A stretch of 63,818 nt of DNA, filler included, from Acidimicrobiia bacterium (GCA_029210695.1; 3 parts of 3 records of this genome joined end to end with filler, not necessarily neighbours in it); one strand, 5' to 3'. Positions 20,167-29,704 are shown, counted from the first letter of the whole stretch. The notes: generated by a model from the letters alone, not told the origin. A program made the numbers and translations.

Positions 20167-20818
20167 CCCGCACTGTCTCGATCAGCACCCGGGACTCAGG
20201 GCCCGGTTCGATCTTCGCTCGCAGGCGTTGGATGGCAACATCGACCAGACGCGAGTCGCCGAGGTAGGAGTATCCCCACACCCGGTCGAGCAGCATCTCC
20301 CGGGTGAACACCTGACCGGGGCGGCGCACCAATTCGAGTAGCAGCCTAAATTCGGTGGGAGTGAGGCCGATCTCTTCATCGTCCACGGTGACCCGGTGTC
20401 CCAGCACATCGATGTGCAAAGGGCCGAGGGTGAGGCTTTCCGCCGGATCCGTGAGTTGCGCCCTGCGGAGGGCCGCCCGGATGCGCGCAACGAGGATCGG
20501 CATTTCGAACGGCTTTGTTACGTAGTCGTCCGCGCCCGATTCGAGCCCGACGACGACATCGATGGCGTCGCTGCGGGCCGTCAGCATCACCACCGGAACC
20601 GAGGACTCAGCCCGAATCGTCCGGCACACCTCCAGGCCATCGCGTTTGGGCAGCATGACATCCAGCACCACCAGATCCGGCTGATCGTGACGGAACCGGG
20701 CGAGCGCTTCATCACCGTCGACTGCGGTGTGAACGCTGAAGCCCGCATCGGTGAGCCCGAGTTTGGTGATCTCCCGGATCGACGGGTCGTCCTCAACAAG
20801 CAGAATCGTGGCGTCCAC
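20141..20818 (-). CDS. OmpR-family response regulator (MtrA-like)
   Basis: LVEDD, LDVMLP, GADDYVTKPF and wHTH C-terminus ETVRGVGYR; probable GTG start at 20818. Confidence 0.93.
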   Translation of the reverse strand: MDATILLVEDDPSIREITKLGLTDAGFSVHTAVDGDEALARFRHDQPDLVVLDVMLPKRDGLEVCRTIRAESSVPVVMLTARSDAIDVVVGLESGADDYVTKPFEMPILVARIRAALRRAQLTDPAESLTLGPLHIDVLGHRVTVDDEEIGLTPTEFRLLLELVRRPGQVFTREMLLDRVWGYSYLGDSRLVDVAIQRLRAKIEPGPESRVLIETVRGVGYRASR

Positions 20819-20863
20819 GCCCCTGAGTATGCCTGATACGGCGGTCCGCAGCAGTCTCTTCTC

Positions 20864-20913
20864 GTTTTCGCGCGGGGTTCCCACCTCATAGGGGAGGATC
20901 CCCGCGCGAAAAC
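20864..20913. repeat. 50-nt palindromic element, type A copy 2
   Basis: GTTTTCGCGCGGGGTTCCCACCTCATAGGGGAGGATCCCCGCGCGAAAAC, nearly identical to 15391-15440. Confidence 0.85.
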
Positions 20914-20928
20914 GGACTTGGAGAGTGT

Positions 20929-21363
20929 CTAGTAGAGCTTTGAGTAGTCGACCGTGTACCAGCGCTCCGGTCGCATCGAATACACCGTTTCGTCGGGGCT
21001 ATGCGGGGTTGAATCGGTGTATGCGTCCCCACCCTTGATGCCGAGGTACCGTCGAGCCATGGGCCTTGTGTCAGATTCGCGGTCGGCCGGACGTGCGCCT
21101 GTGACCGTTCCCTCGACCGTCACGTATCGGTAGGGGGGCTCTTCAGTTTGTGCGCACAGGCTGAAGTTTCCGGCCTCCTTGAGGAGGAGGCCCTTCGTCG
21201 ACTTCGACGAGGTGAGAATGATGACCTCGCCGCCCGGTTGGTAGTCGTACCAGATAGGCACCGTGAGCGGGGGAAGGCCCGTTCGGCCAATCGCGATGAC
21301 GCCGACGTGAAGTCCCGCCAGGAACTCCTCGCGCTCATCTCTGGTCATTGATACTGCGCTCAT
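20929..21363 (-). CDS. Pyridoxamine 5'-phosphate oxidase family (possibly F420-dependent) protein
   Basis: MTRDEREEFLAGLHVGVI, PLTVPIWYDY, FSLCAQTEEPPYRYVTVEG; GAGGAG upstream of ATG 21363. Confidence 0.85.
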   Translation of the reverse strand: MSAVSMTRDEREEFLAGLHVGVIAIGRTGLPPLTVPIWYDYQPGGEVIILTSSKSTKGLLLKEAGNFSLCAQTEEPPYRYVTVEGTVTGARPADRESDTRPMARRYLGIKGGDAYTDSTPHSPDETVYSMRPERWYTVDYSKLY

Positions 21364-21429
21364 CGACCCCTCCTCGTGTCCGGATACATTATCCATCGTC
21401 ATCCGGGCGTATGAGACGGGACTCAATCC

Positions 21430-21634
21430 TTGCTCGGTATCGGGGTCGGAGTGGTGCTCGGATGGGCAACGGTTGCCTCCCTGGCCGAAGACGGCCTTGG
21501 CACCTTCGCTCTCCTCGGAAGCCAGCCGGCGGTTTGGCTGCTCGTGGCTGCTTTCGCGGGCATGCTGGCTGCCATAGGTCCGGGCTCGCAAGGCCAGCTG
21601 TATGCGGATCCTCGAAGCAATCGCCTCCGAGTAA
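21430..21634 (+). pseudogene. Frameshifted C-terminal remnant of an FtsX-like ABC permease
   Basis: LGIGVGVVLGWATVASLAEDGL...AGMLAAIGP continues in another frame as ARKASCMRILEAIASE*, matching the PARRAARLxxLEAIxxE permease C-terminus; no N-terminus present. Confidence 0.65.
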
Positions 21635-21661
21635 TTCTGACCCACTTCAGCTTGTTCTGGC

Positions 21662-21895
21662 ATCGCCAACTGTGCCGTAATCGGGGTCCCTGACGAAATC
21701 CGCGGCCAGATCGTGAAAGCCTTCGTGGTGCTCAAGGACGGTTATCGCCAATCGGAGGAACTCATTGCCGAACTCCAAGCGCATGTGCGGACCCGGCTGG
21801 CCGCCCACGAGGTGCCGCGCCGGGTGGTCTTCATCGATGAATTGCCCCGGACGACTACGGGGAAAACGATGCGCAGAGTGCTCAGAGATCTGTGA
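21662..21895 (+). pseudogene. C-terminal remnant of an acyl-CoA synthetase (AMP-binding C domain)
   Basis: IANCAVIGVPDEIRGQIVKAFVVLK...FIDELPRTTTGKTMRRVLR; the large N-terminal domain is absent. Confidence 0.8.
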
Positions 21896-22571
21896 GTCCC
21901 GATGGGGAGGCCGGCTCGGAACCGAGTCGGGCGGCGTACAGCCACAGACCCAGCGCGGCGAGGATGTGCCACAGGCCGTGGCCCTGAATCAGTGAATCCG
22001 GACGGCAGAGTGGTCCGCCGGTTCGGCTACTCAGAAAGACGACGGCACCGATCCAGAGCAGGCCGGCCGGGAGAATGAGCCGCCGGACCCGGCCGGGTTG
22101 GGCCGCGGCCGGCGAGGACGGGCAGGACCAGTGTGGGGGTGCGGAGGCGAGGGTGGCCGCGGCCAGCGCCAGGGCCATAGCCAGCACGGCGCCCGCCACC
22201 GGCCAGAGAGCAACAAGGACCGACGCCGCTCCAACGGCCGACCACGGTGTGCGGAACGACTCCCGGCGGATCCTCCGTGACACCTCGATGGCGACGATCA
22301 CGACGAGAAGCGCAGCGAGTGAGGCGTCGTGGAGCCAGGTAGCCATCGGACCGCCCCAAGCGTGGAAGGCTGCACTGCCGACGCCCGTCAGGATCATCAT
22401 TCCCGCCAGCACGCCGGTGCCACGCATGGAGTCCCTTCGTCTCCAAAGCCTCATGAAGACAACCATCCCGGCGAGGACGAACGCCAAGCTGGTGAGGGTG
22501 TTGACCGGCTGGTCAAGCAGGCCATCGACGAACCGCTCACAGTCGCCGACGGCACCGGGCAACGTGCTCAT
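21882..22571 (-). CDS. Ceramidase-like (CREST superfamily) membrane hydrolase
   Basis: DCE..QPVNTLTSLAF, SAAFH (SxxxH) and HGLWH (HxxxH) within TM helices. Confidence 0.7.
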   Translation of the reverse strand: MSTLPGAVGDCERFVDGLLDQPVNTLTSLAFVLAGMVVFMRLWRRRDSMRGTGVLAGMMILTGVGSAAFHAWGGPMATWLHDASLAALLVVIVAIEVSRRIRRESFRTPWSAVGAASVLVALWPVAGAVLAMALALAAATLASAPPHWSCPSSPAAAQPGRVRRLILPAGLLWIGAVVFLSSRTGGPLCRPDSLIQGHGLWHILAALGLWLYAARLGSEPASPSGLTDL

Positions 22572-22679
22572 ACGGTGGTCTTCGAGGTTGAGGCGGCCTG
22601 GTGGGCCTGCCGGGTCATCGACCCGGCGGGAGCCCTGGGACAGAGCAGCACAGGCGAAGCCAAAGGAGGCCGGCCACGG

Positions 22680-23318
22680 TCACGCCTGCTCAGCGAGCAC
22701 CTCAACCTCGTAGCGGTTCCGGAGGGCATGTGCGGTGTGCCTCATCCACTCGAGCCATTGATGTCCGGGCGGCCGGGCCGTCCAGCGGACCTGGTAGGCG
22801 GGATTGATAGTGATGACTCGCTGAGGGTGAACCGAACGACGGAGCAGGTGGGGAATGATCGGCGAGCGGCCTGCGGAGATGGCGAGCGGTCCGATGATGG
22901 TGGCCCGCTGGGCGCGAAGGGTAGTCCCACCGGCCACCACCCGGCCGGAGAGCTCAACAAAGCCGGTGGCGACCGGTACTCCAACGGGAGTGCTGAGTGG
23001 TATCCGGTCCAATGACTCGGCGCGCACGGCGTAGATGCCGCAAGTGCACTCCGGTTCGGGGACCGTGGGGTGGTGTCGCTCGATTCTGGGAGGCAGCGTG
23101 AAGTTGTTGTTCAGGTGGCCGGCGGCAGTGCACCGGGCCTCCAGGCTGCGGGTCTTCCAGGGAAACCCGAACAACCCGGTGAGCATCGGCCGGGACCGAT
23201 CGCGCGGCAACCGCTCCGGGACGATCAGCCAGCTCCGCAGAGCGATGAGGGGTTCTACGCCGTCGATATCGACCCGCCGCGGCGGATCGACGAGGTTCCC
23301 GACCAGCTTTGCCTGCAT
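22680..23318 (-). CDS. Hypothetical protein with a His/Cys cluster (possible Zn site)
   Basis: EARC...HPTVPEPECTCGIYA...GFVELSGRVV...LRAQRA. Confidence 0.65.
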   Translation of the reverse strand: MQAKLVGNLVDPPRRVDIDGVEPLIALRSWLIVPERLPRDRSRPMLTGLFGFPWKTRSLEARCTAAGHLNNNFTLPPRIERHHPTVPEPECTCGIYAVRAESLDRIPLSTPVGVPVATGFVELSGRVVAGGTTLRAQRATIIGPLAISAGRSPIIPHLLRRSVHPQRVITINPAYQVRWTARPPGHQWLEWMRHTAHALRNRYEVEVLAEQA

Positions 23319-23467
23319 CGTCTCTCAAGGATATCGGAGTCGCCCGCGCGGCGGCGCCGTTCGCGCCGACCCCGGAACCGCTCGCGGAAGATACCGACGC
23401 CGGACCAGGTGGTTGACTGCCTGCCAGGCGAGTTGCCATAGGTCCAAGCTGCGCCCAAACTCCGGTC

Positions 23468-24076
23468 GTGCTCACTCTTCCCTCGCGCCTCGAACTGAAG
23501 CGCCGCCTACCGCGGCTCATGCTCGGTCTGTTCCTCTTCGGTCTGGGCTTGGCGTTCATGGTGGTTGCCGACCTCGGTTTGGCCCCCTGGGAGGTCCTCC
23601 ATCAGGGCATTTCTCGCCGCACCGGTATTCCGATCGGCACCGTCGGCATCTTGATCGGCCTGGTGGTGCTCGTCGCCTGGTTTCCGATCGGTGAGAGGTT
23701 CGGCGTCGGCACGCTGGCGAATGTGATCTTCATCGGGATCGTCATCGATGCCACATTGTGGTTGTTGCCCGAACAGCTCACCGGCCCGGCTCAGCGCTGG
23801 ACTGCGATGCTCGTCGGCCTGGTGCTGGTCGCCATTGGCTCCGGCTATTACATCGGAGTCCACCTCGGCCCCGGTCCCCGCGATGGGCTGATGACCGGTC
23901 TCAGTCGACGCACCGGGCGCCCGATCGGCCTGGTACGGGCGGTCATCGAGCTGGGGATCCTCGTCGTCGGATGGCTGTTGGGAGGGACGGTCGGGGCAGG
24001 AACGGTCGCCTTTGCGTTCGGAATCGGCCCCCTCGTTCATCTGTTCCTGGGCCGGTTGTCGCTACCCCCGAGCTGA
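23468..24076 (+). CDS. YczE/YyaS/YitT family membrane protein
   Basis: LGLAPWEVLHQGI, GVGTLAN, LGPGPRDGLMTG and GWLLGGTVGAGT. Confidence 0.9.
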   Translation: MLTLPSRLELKRRLPRLMLGLFLFGLGLAFMVVADLGLAPWEVLHQGISRRTGIPIGTVGILIGLVVLVAWFPIGERFGVGTLANVIFIGIVIDATLWLLPEQLTGPAQRWTAMLVGLVLVAIGSGYYIGVHLGPGPRDGLMTGLSRRTGRPIGLVRAVIELGILVVGWLLGGTVGAGTVAFAFGIGPLVHLFLGRLSLPPS

Positions 24077-24082
24077 AACCCC

Positions 24083-24132
24083 GTTCTTGCGTCAGTTTCG
24101 CGTGCTTTTGGCGACATTTCTGACGCAAGAAG
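24083..24132. repeat. 50-nt palindromic element, divergent-stem variant
   Basis: GTTCTTGCGTCAG...CTGACGCAAGAAG between convergent genes; same length as type A. Confidence 0.7.
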
Positions 24133-24138
24133 GATGGA

Positions 24139-24783
24139 TTACCACTCGTGCTGGCGGGCGTCCCAGGTCCAGAACCGTCCGTGGTGATCCGGCCCCATTG
24201 CCGCGATCAGTGCGGCGATTCCCTCGGCGCTCTCCTCTATCGAGAGTGGGGCCGAGTCGCCGCCCATATCCGTACGCACCCACCCTGGATGGACCACTAC
24301 GGCGAGGATGCCGAGTGCGCCCCAGTCGTCTGCGCGCTTTCGGAACTCATCGTTGAGCGCGGCCTTAGAGTCCCCGTAGTCTCCGAGGCTCTCGGTGCGT
24401 CCCCGGCGGGCCCCCACCTGTGACGTCATGATCGCCACCTTGCCGCCCGGCTTCAGCACTCCGCCATCGAGAAACGCCTGCACCACCCGGATCGGAGCCT
24501 CGGCGTTGACGGCCATCATCACGTCGCGAGGTGTCCCCCTTCCGACTCCTGCGTTGTGAATGAGCACGTCGAGATCGCCGACGGCGGCTACGAGTTCGGT
24601 GGGTACTGCCAGGACGTCGAATGCGTGCAAGTGAAGGTCACCGGTCAGTCCGCCCAGCTCGCCGGGCGCTTCCGGGGTGCGGGTGGTGGCATGCACCGTC
24701 CATCCATCGGCCAGGTACCTGCGGGCCAGGCCCAGACCGATGCCGCGACTCGCTCCGATGATCAATACGCTCCGTGTGTTCAT
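24139..24783 (-). CDS. Short-chain dehydrogenase/reductase (CsgA/C-factor-like)
   Basis: IGASRGIG, HNAG, YGDSKAAL and HPGWVRTDMGG. Confidence 0.9.
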   Translation of the reverse strand: MNTRSVLIIGASRGIGLGLARRYLADGWTVHATTRTPEAPGELGGLTGDLHLHAFDVLAVPTELVAAVGDLDVLIHNAGVGRGTPRDVMMAVNAEAPIRVVQAFLDGGVLKPGGKVAIMTSQVGARRGRTESLGDYGDSKAALNDEFRKRADDWGALGILAVVVHPGWVRTDMGGDSAPLSIEESAEGIAALIAAMGPDHHGRFWTWDARQHEW

Positions 24784-24832
24784 CGGCTCAGTCTGGCACG
24801 GCCGGCTCGAGTGGGCTCGTGGCATGGCGGCT

Positions 24833-26305
24833 TCACGTTGAGTTCCGAGTCATCGCAACAGGGGATCGTGTCGCCAAGGCAGCCGCCAGGGCTCCCAGGC
24901 CGCCGAGCACCAGGTCGAGAGTTGCCGTAGCCCCATTCGTGGCCAGGACCTCGATCCCCGTTTCCCTGCCCATCAGTCCGATCAAGCCGAGGATCAACGC
25001 GGAAATCAGTACGACGGAGGTGAGACGACCGGATCGGTACACGCCGGCCAGCACGGTCAATCCGAGGACTAGATGAACCGTGTTGAAGAGCGGATTCAGC
25101 GTGAACCCCAGAAGCCCCTCGCCGTAGTCCGCCGTGATTCCGTTGAAGCCGGTCACGCCGAATCCCAGCAAGGCGACCGCAACCAGAACGACGCCGAATG
25201 ACGCCGGGCCGATCCGGCGGGCGGCGCTCTCAATTGGCATGGGGCGGGGTGGAGGGTGCACCTCGAAGCGCCGGACTACCAGCAGGACGAGCGTCAGCGA
25301 TGCGCTGAGGCTCGCCAGCCAAACGGGTCGCCACAACCACCAACCGACACTGCCAACCGGGTCGCGTGGAAAACCGAGTGGATAGAGGAACCCAACAGCC
25401 ACCGGAAGCACGCTGATGTGCCACAAGTACATCGAGAGCGGCACTCGATTGATCCGTTGCAGCCAACCTCCTTCCTTCCACAAGCGTTGGAACGCGGGCC
25501 GGGCGAGAAGGGCCAGCGAGACCAGCCAGACGGCAACCGCCACCAACGGCAGGCTGGGTGGATCGCTGTTCCATCGATCCTCGCCGGGCACCATGATGAG
25601 GCTGACCGGGTAACCGGCCCAGCCAGCCAGGACCACCAGTCCGGCCAATCCGGCCCCTGCGGCTCCGGCCAGAACGCCGGGACGGATCGGGTCGAGGCTG
25701 CCGTCGGCGTAGAAGAACCCGAACTGGTGTGGGATCAGCCAGACGAAGGCATAGTTGGCGAATCCCACGGCTTCGACGCCGAACCCGTGGACGGCCACAT
25801 CCACGAGAACCGCGCCGACGGCCAGCGCAGCCGGAACCCGCCATCGCCACCGTTCGTGGAGCCGGTACATGGCGGGAGCGAGGGCGACTACCACCACGTA
25901 CACCCCGACGAACCAGAACGGGAGAGCTGCGATGTCGGCTCCGCGTTCCAGCAGATTGGGCTGTGGCAACGGGAGAAGTTGGCCGGCCAGCCCCAGGAGC
26001 AGCCAGATCACGATGAACGCCACCGTAGGCTGGAGCAGCCGTGTCAACCGGGTCCGAAGGTAGGAGAGGTAATCGCCCTTGTGGAGGCGGAGCGACCGGG
26101 CGTTCGAGAAGCCGCCGACGAAGAACAGCAAAGGCATCACCTGGAGCAACCAGGTGACGTAGTGGAGTTCCGACACGGTCGAGAGGGCGCTCTCCCCGGC
26201 GATCCGGCCCGTTTCCCAGACCACCGAGGTCGCCGACCAATGACCGAGAACGACGGCAACAACGGCAATCGCTCGCAGCGAGTCGATGAATCGGTCACGC
26301 TCCAT
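24833..26305 (-). CDS. Acyltransferase 3 family membrane protein with C-terminal DUF4383-like segment
   Basis: RDRFIDSLRA..VVLGHW, QVMPLLFFVGG, RLTRLL and YLWH; C-terminal LLGFTLNPLFNTVHL. Start approximate. Confidence 0.8.
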   Translation of the reverse strand: MERDRFIDSLRAIAVVAVVLGHWSATSVVWETGRIAGESALSTVSELHYVTWLLQVMPLLFFVGGFSNARSLRLHKGDYLSYLRTRLTRLLQPTVAFIVIWLLLGLAGQLLPLPQPNLLERGADIAALPFWFVGVYVVVVALAPAMYRLHERWRWRVPAALAVGAVLVDVAVHGFGVEAVGFANYAFVWLIPHQFGFFYADGSLDPIRPGVLAGAAGAGLAGLVVLAGWAGYPVSLIMVPGEDRWNSDPPSLPLVAVAVWLVSLALLARPAFQRLWKEGGWLQRINRVPLSMYLWHISVLPVAVGFLYPLGFPRDPVGSVGWWLWRPVWLASLSASLTLVLLVVRRFEVHPPPRPMPIESAARRIGPASFGVVLVAVALLGFGVTGFNGITADYGEGLLGFTLNPLFNTVHLVLGLTVLAGVYRSGRLTSVVLISALILGLIGLMGRETGIEVLATNGATATLDLVLGGLGALAAALATRSPVAMTRNST

Positions 26306-26408
26306 GGATTCCCATTCTGCCCGACCCATCTCCAGGGCACCGTGGCCGGCACCAGCGGACGGGTCGACGGAGGCGACTGTCCCCGGTTGGCTCTCAGAAT
26401 AGGCCCGG

Positions 26409-27191
26409 TTACCGGCCGTCTTCCGCCAGCCAGGCGTCGAGCAGCCCGGACAGGACCGTCCAGTCCACATAGGTCCCGGGGCGCCGTGCGCCGTCACCTT
26501 TCTTACTGCGAACTTGTCCCACCTTGACGAACCCGGCATCCGCGTGGGTCACCTTCTTGATGGTCATGACATGGAACGAAACGGCCCACCACGGTGCTCG
26601 CCCCGACTTCGTCGGGCGCAATTGTGGTGCCCGGCGATCCCGCAAGCGGCGAAGCCGGCCGGGTTCGGGAAGGTCGGCACCGTTGTAGTGCAGGGCGACG
26701 AGGATGGGCGCCACCGCCACACGTGAGTCGTTCAGGCGCGCCACTCTGAAGAGGGCAAAACGGCTCGAGGCCTCATAGGCCAGCACGTCGCCCGGCTTCA
26801 GGTCGGTCACACGGCGGCTTGGGGGCCTCAGCTTCTTTCGATCCGGCTGTGGTCCGATCAGCTGCTCGCGAGCTTTCTGGAGTGCCGCCTTCCGTTTGGT
26901 GAGCAGGCCGGCGTCGTCCTCCCACAGGTGCAACCCTTCGCCATTGTCGATGGCCTGCAACGCCCGGTCCCGAATCGCAGTATTGAGCCGCCCTATCTTT
27001 GATTGGGTGAACGCCAAAGCTATCCAGAACACCGGTCCCTCGTCCGGATCGTCGAGCGTTCCCGCGAACCGTTCGAGCATGCGAGCGGTGGCGTCGTCGT
27101 CTTCCACGCCGTCTTCGATCATCTCCCGATAGCTGTCCCGGGCGTCGCAGGCGAGATCGTCTGAGAAGAGGGCTGGACCCCATGAACCCAT
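26409..27191 (-). CDS. Hypothetical protein (DUF4259-like N-terminus)
   Basis: MGSWGPALFSDDLACD, FWIALAFTQSKIGRL and KPGDVLAY. Confidence 0.7.
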   Translation of the reverse strand: MGSWGPALFSDDLACDARDSYREMIEDGVEDDDATARMLERFAGTLDDPDEGPVFWIALAFTQSKIGRLNTAIRDRALQAIDNGEGLHLWEDDAGLLTKRKAALQKAREQLIGPQPDRKKLRPPSRRVTDLKPGDVLAYEASSRFALFRVARLNDSRVAVAPILVALHYNGADLPEPGRLRRLRDRRAPQLRPTKSGRAPWWAVSFHVMTIKKVTHADAGFVKVGQVRSKKGDGARRPGTYVDWTVLSGLLDAWLAEDGR

Positions 27192-27411
27192 GCATGCTCC
27201 AATCCCGACGAATACTCGCACACGATTCGACCGAACGGCCGATGGACGCACTGCCACGAGATGTGCCACCACCGCCGATAGGTCGGCCCTAAACATGGTG
27301 CGAGACATCACTCGGGGTTTCGCTGTGCCGTGGTCGGGACCTGCCAATCCACGCCGGTACCGGGCCGCCGGCGCTACCGTCAACCGTCTGATTGCAGAGG
27401 GGGCACTCATC

Positions 27412-27945
27412 TTGAACCATTTCGATGTTGTCGTCATCGGCGGCGGACAGGCCGGTCTGGGTATCGGCTACTACCTGCGAGCAGCCGGCAGGAAGTTCGT
27501 CATCTTCGAGCGTGGACGGGTCGGCGAGACCTGGCGTAATCAGCGCTGGGATTCCTTCACCGTAAATACACCGAACTGGGCGAATGGTCTGCCCGGCGAC
27601 CCGTACGACGGCGACGAACCCGACGGCTTCTTTCACCGCGACGAACTCATCGAATACTTCGAGCACTATGCGGGCAAGTTCGCACTCCCGGTGAAGGAGG
27701 GTGTCTCTGTTACTGGGGTCGATGCCGACGGCGACGGTTTTCGTGTCACGTTCGAAGACGCGGCCGGCACGGTCGATACGGTATCGGCCGCCAACATCGT
27801 CGTCGCATCCGGGATGATGCAGGCACCCAAGATCCCAGGGATTTGCCGGCAGTTCCCCGAGTCGCTGCTCCAGCTCCACGCCTCCGACTATCGCTCAGCG
27901 GACAACTTGCCACCGGGGGCGGTCGTCGTAGTCGGCTCAGGACAG
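27412..27945 (+). pseudogene. Flavin-containing monooxygenase/oxidoreductase, N-terminal half, interrupted by an insertion
   Basis: VIGGGQAGL, GETWRNQRWDSF, QLHASDYR; homology ends at VVVVGSGQ exactly where the IS-like end starts. Confidence 0.8.
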
Positions 27946-28021
27946 TGTCCATGGCCATGTGAAAGTCCTCGTTGGTGGCCAGCAAAAGTCCTCGCGGTGG
28001 ATGTGTAGGTAATTCACTGCG
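27946..28021. mobile_element. Probable IS21-family terminus at the contig end
   Basis: Starts TGT and has two tandem TGGCCA-N4/5-AAAGTCCTCG repeats, the multiple-repeat architecture of IS21 ends; transposase not visible. Confidence 0.65.
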
Positions 28022-28121
28022 NNNNNNNNNNNNNNNNNNNNNNNNNNNNNNNNNNNNNNNNNNNNTTAATTAATTAANNNNNNNNNNNNNNNNNNNNNNN
28101 NNNNNNNNNNNNNNNNNNNNN
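28022..28121. other. Artificial contig junction
   Basis: N44-TTAATTAATTAA-N44 six-frame-stop spacer. Confidence 0.98.
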
Positions 28122-28197
28122 TCATTCTCCCAGGTCAGAAGGCATTTTCTATGTCAATCCCAACCGTCAGACACCGATCAGACCGGTGGATCCAGGC
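28122..28197. mobile_element. Possible IS terminus (IS1380-like)
   Basis: CAGGTCAGA...CGGTGGATCCAGGC followed by TTAG at the contig edge; resembles actinobacterial IS1380 ends as I recall them. Confidence 0.35.
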
Positions 28198-28228
28198 TTA
28201 GCGATGTACCCGATCTGGCCGAGGCCTG

Positions 28229-28543
28229 TCACTCCTTGGCGGGCGAACGTGGTGAAGGGCCGAGTTCGGCGTCGCTGAGAAGGCCCAACAGTTCGCCGAT
28301 GGTCGGTTGGCCTCCGCCAGTGGTGGGCAGTGGAAGATGTTCTTGGATGTGGTAGCGGTTTCGGCGTCCGTCTCGTTCTTTGATCACGTAGCCCGCCTGG
28401 GCGAGGTCGGCGACGATCGTGTAGGCGGTGCGCTCGGTGACGTCGATGGCGGAGGCGATATCGCGGAGACGGGCGTCGGCGTTGCGGGCGATGAGCAGCA
28501 ACGCTCGAGCGTGGATGGTGAGGAAACCCCATGTAGTCGCCAT
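28229..28543 (-). CDS. MarR/ArsR-like winged-helix transcriptional regulator
   Basis: WGFLTIHARALL, ARLRDIA, TERTAYTIVADL and RDGRRNRY. Confidence 0.88.
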   Translation of the reverse strand: MATTWGFLTIHARALLLIARNADARLRDIASAIDVTERTAYTIVADLAQAGYVIKERDGRRNRYHIQEHLPLPTTGGGQPTIGELLGLLSDAELGPSPRSPAKE

Positions 28544-28823
28544 GGGGCCAACCCTAACAGAAAACTAGAAATATGTTGCTAGTGATATGTTTCTGCTGTA
28601 GGATTACGGATAGATCGGGTTTCGGAGCATCAGCAGAAAGCGGAAGCTCACCTTGTTCACTCGGACCGCGCATTCTGGCGTTTGCCGCCATAGGCGCGCA
28701 ACCTGGCTGCACGGCAAGGCCGACGAGAGGGTTGGTGTCGTCGAGAAGTCCCTCGACGACCACTAACGACGAGATCAACGACCTCGTCGACAACGACAAG
28801 GACAACGCAATGAAGGGGTTCGT

Positions 28824-29429
28824 ATGAATATTGAGTCCGATAAGTCTGTATCGGTCGATGAGCGCGAGGAGACGGTGCGCGCAGCAGCACCACTCGACGA
28901 GACCGTCACCGAACCGCCACTCGACGAAGACGAAGCTGTCACAGAGTCCGAGGCGTCTGCGCCGGCTGCGGCCCACGAGGTTGCGGCTCGGGCCGAGACG
29001 GTCCGCACGGTTCGCACGACCAGGTTCACACCGTCGGCTGTCGTTGCGGCGGTGGTCGCCATTGCCATGTTGGTACTGGGCGGGATCACTGTGGGCCGCG
29101 CCGGGTTCGATGGCAGTCTTGGACAGCCCGTAGTCACCGTCGCAGGCTTCACCGCGACTGCGCTGCTAGGGCTGATCGTGTTCGGCTTTGGCGCCGTGTT
29201 GCTCATCGCTGCGCTAGCCAGGCAGCGGCAGCTGATCCTGGGTCTCGGGATCATTGGCGGCGTCGCCGGCTTGATCGCCGTGTTCGAGCCCACCATCGGC
29301 GGCGACTCCCTGTCGATACAACGCGAGCTAGGGATATGGACTGCGATCGCCATGGCTGCGATCGTCGTTTCAGCACTATTACCCACGGTTTCGCGCGTCA
29401 ACACACGTCAAACCACCGAAGTGAAATAA
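28824..29429 (+). CDS. Hypothetical membrane protein (acidic N-terminus, 4 TM helices)
   Basis: RBS-like AAGGGG; 201-aa ORF with four hydrophobic helices. Confidence 0.65.
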   Translation: MNIESDKSVSVDEREETVRAAAPLDETVTEPPLDEDEAVTESEASAPAAAHEVAARAETVRTVRTTRFTPSAVVAAVVAIAMLVLGGITVGRAGFDGSLGQPVVTVAGFTATALLGLIVFGFGAVLLIAALARQRQLILGLGIIGGVAGLIAVFEPTIGGDSLSIQRELGIWTAIAMAAIVVSALLPTVSRVNTRQTTEVK

Positions 29430-29507
29430 CACCACACGGTCGCCTAGGTCGCAACAAATCGATCCCCTCAAACACATGACCCAAACTCAGAAAGGCAGGA
29501 AGAACAG

Positions 29508-29594
29508 ATGAGCACCACTGGATGGATCATCCTCATTGTCGTGCTATTCGTGGTATTCGGCGGCGGCTTCGGCTGGACTCGGCGCCGCAGGTAG
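29508..29594 (+). CDS. 28-aa small membrane peptide
   Basis: AGGCAGGAAG upstream; MSTTGWIILIVVLFVVFGGGFGWTRRRR*. Confidence 0.65.
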   Translation: MSTTGWIILIVVLFVVFGGGFGWTRRRR

Positions 29595-29629
29595 ATCACA
29601 ACGAACTCGCACTATCCGCGCTGGTCTTC

Positions 29630-29704
29630 ACCGCGTGCGCAGCCCTGCTGATCGCCCAGGATGCCTCCCCGAAGGCGATCCATGCCCACCTCGGGCACGC
29701 GGAC
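29630..29704 (+). pseudogene. Tyrosine recombinase (integrase) catalytic-box remnant
   Basis: TACAALLIAQDASPKAIHAHLGHAD matches the RHTxAxLLIxxGxxPKxIxxxLGH motif; about 150 nt from the tRNA 3' end. Confidence 0.7.

Noticed and set aside
28066..28077. TTAATTAATTAA palindrome (also 55333-55344)
   Set aside because: Artificial contig linker flanked by N runs.
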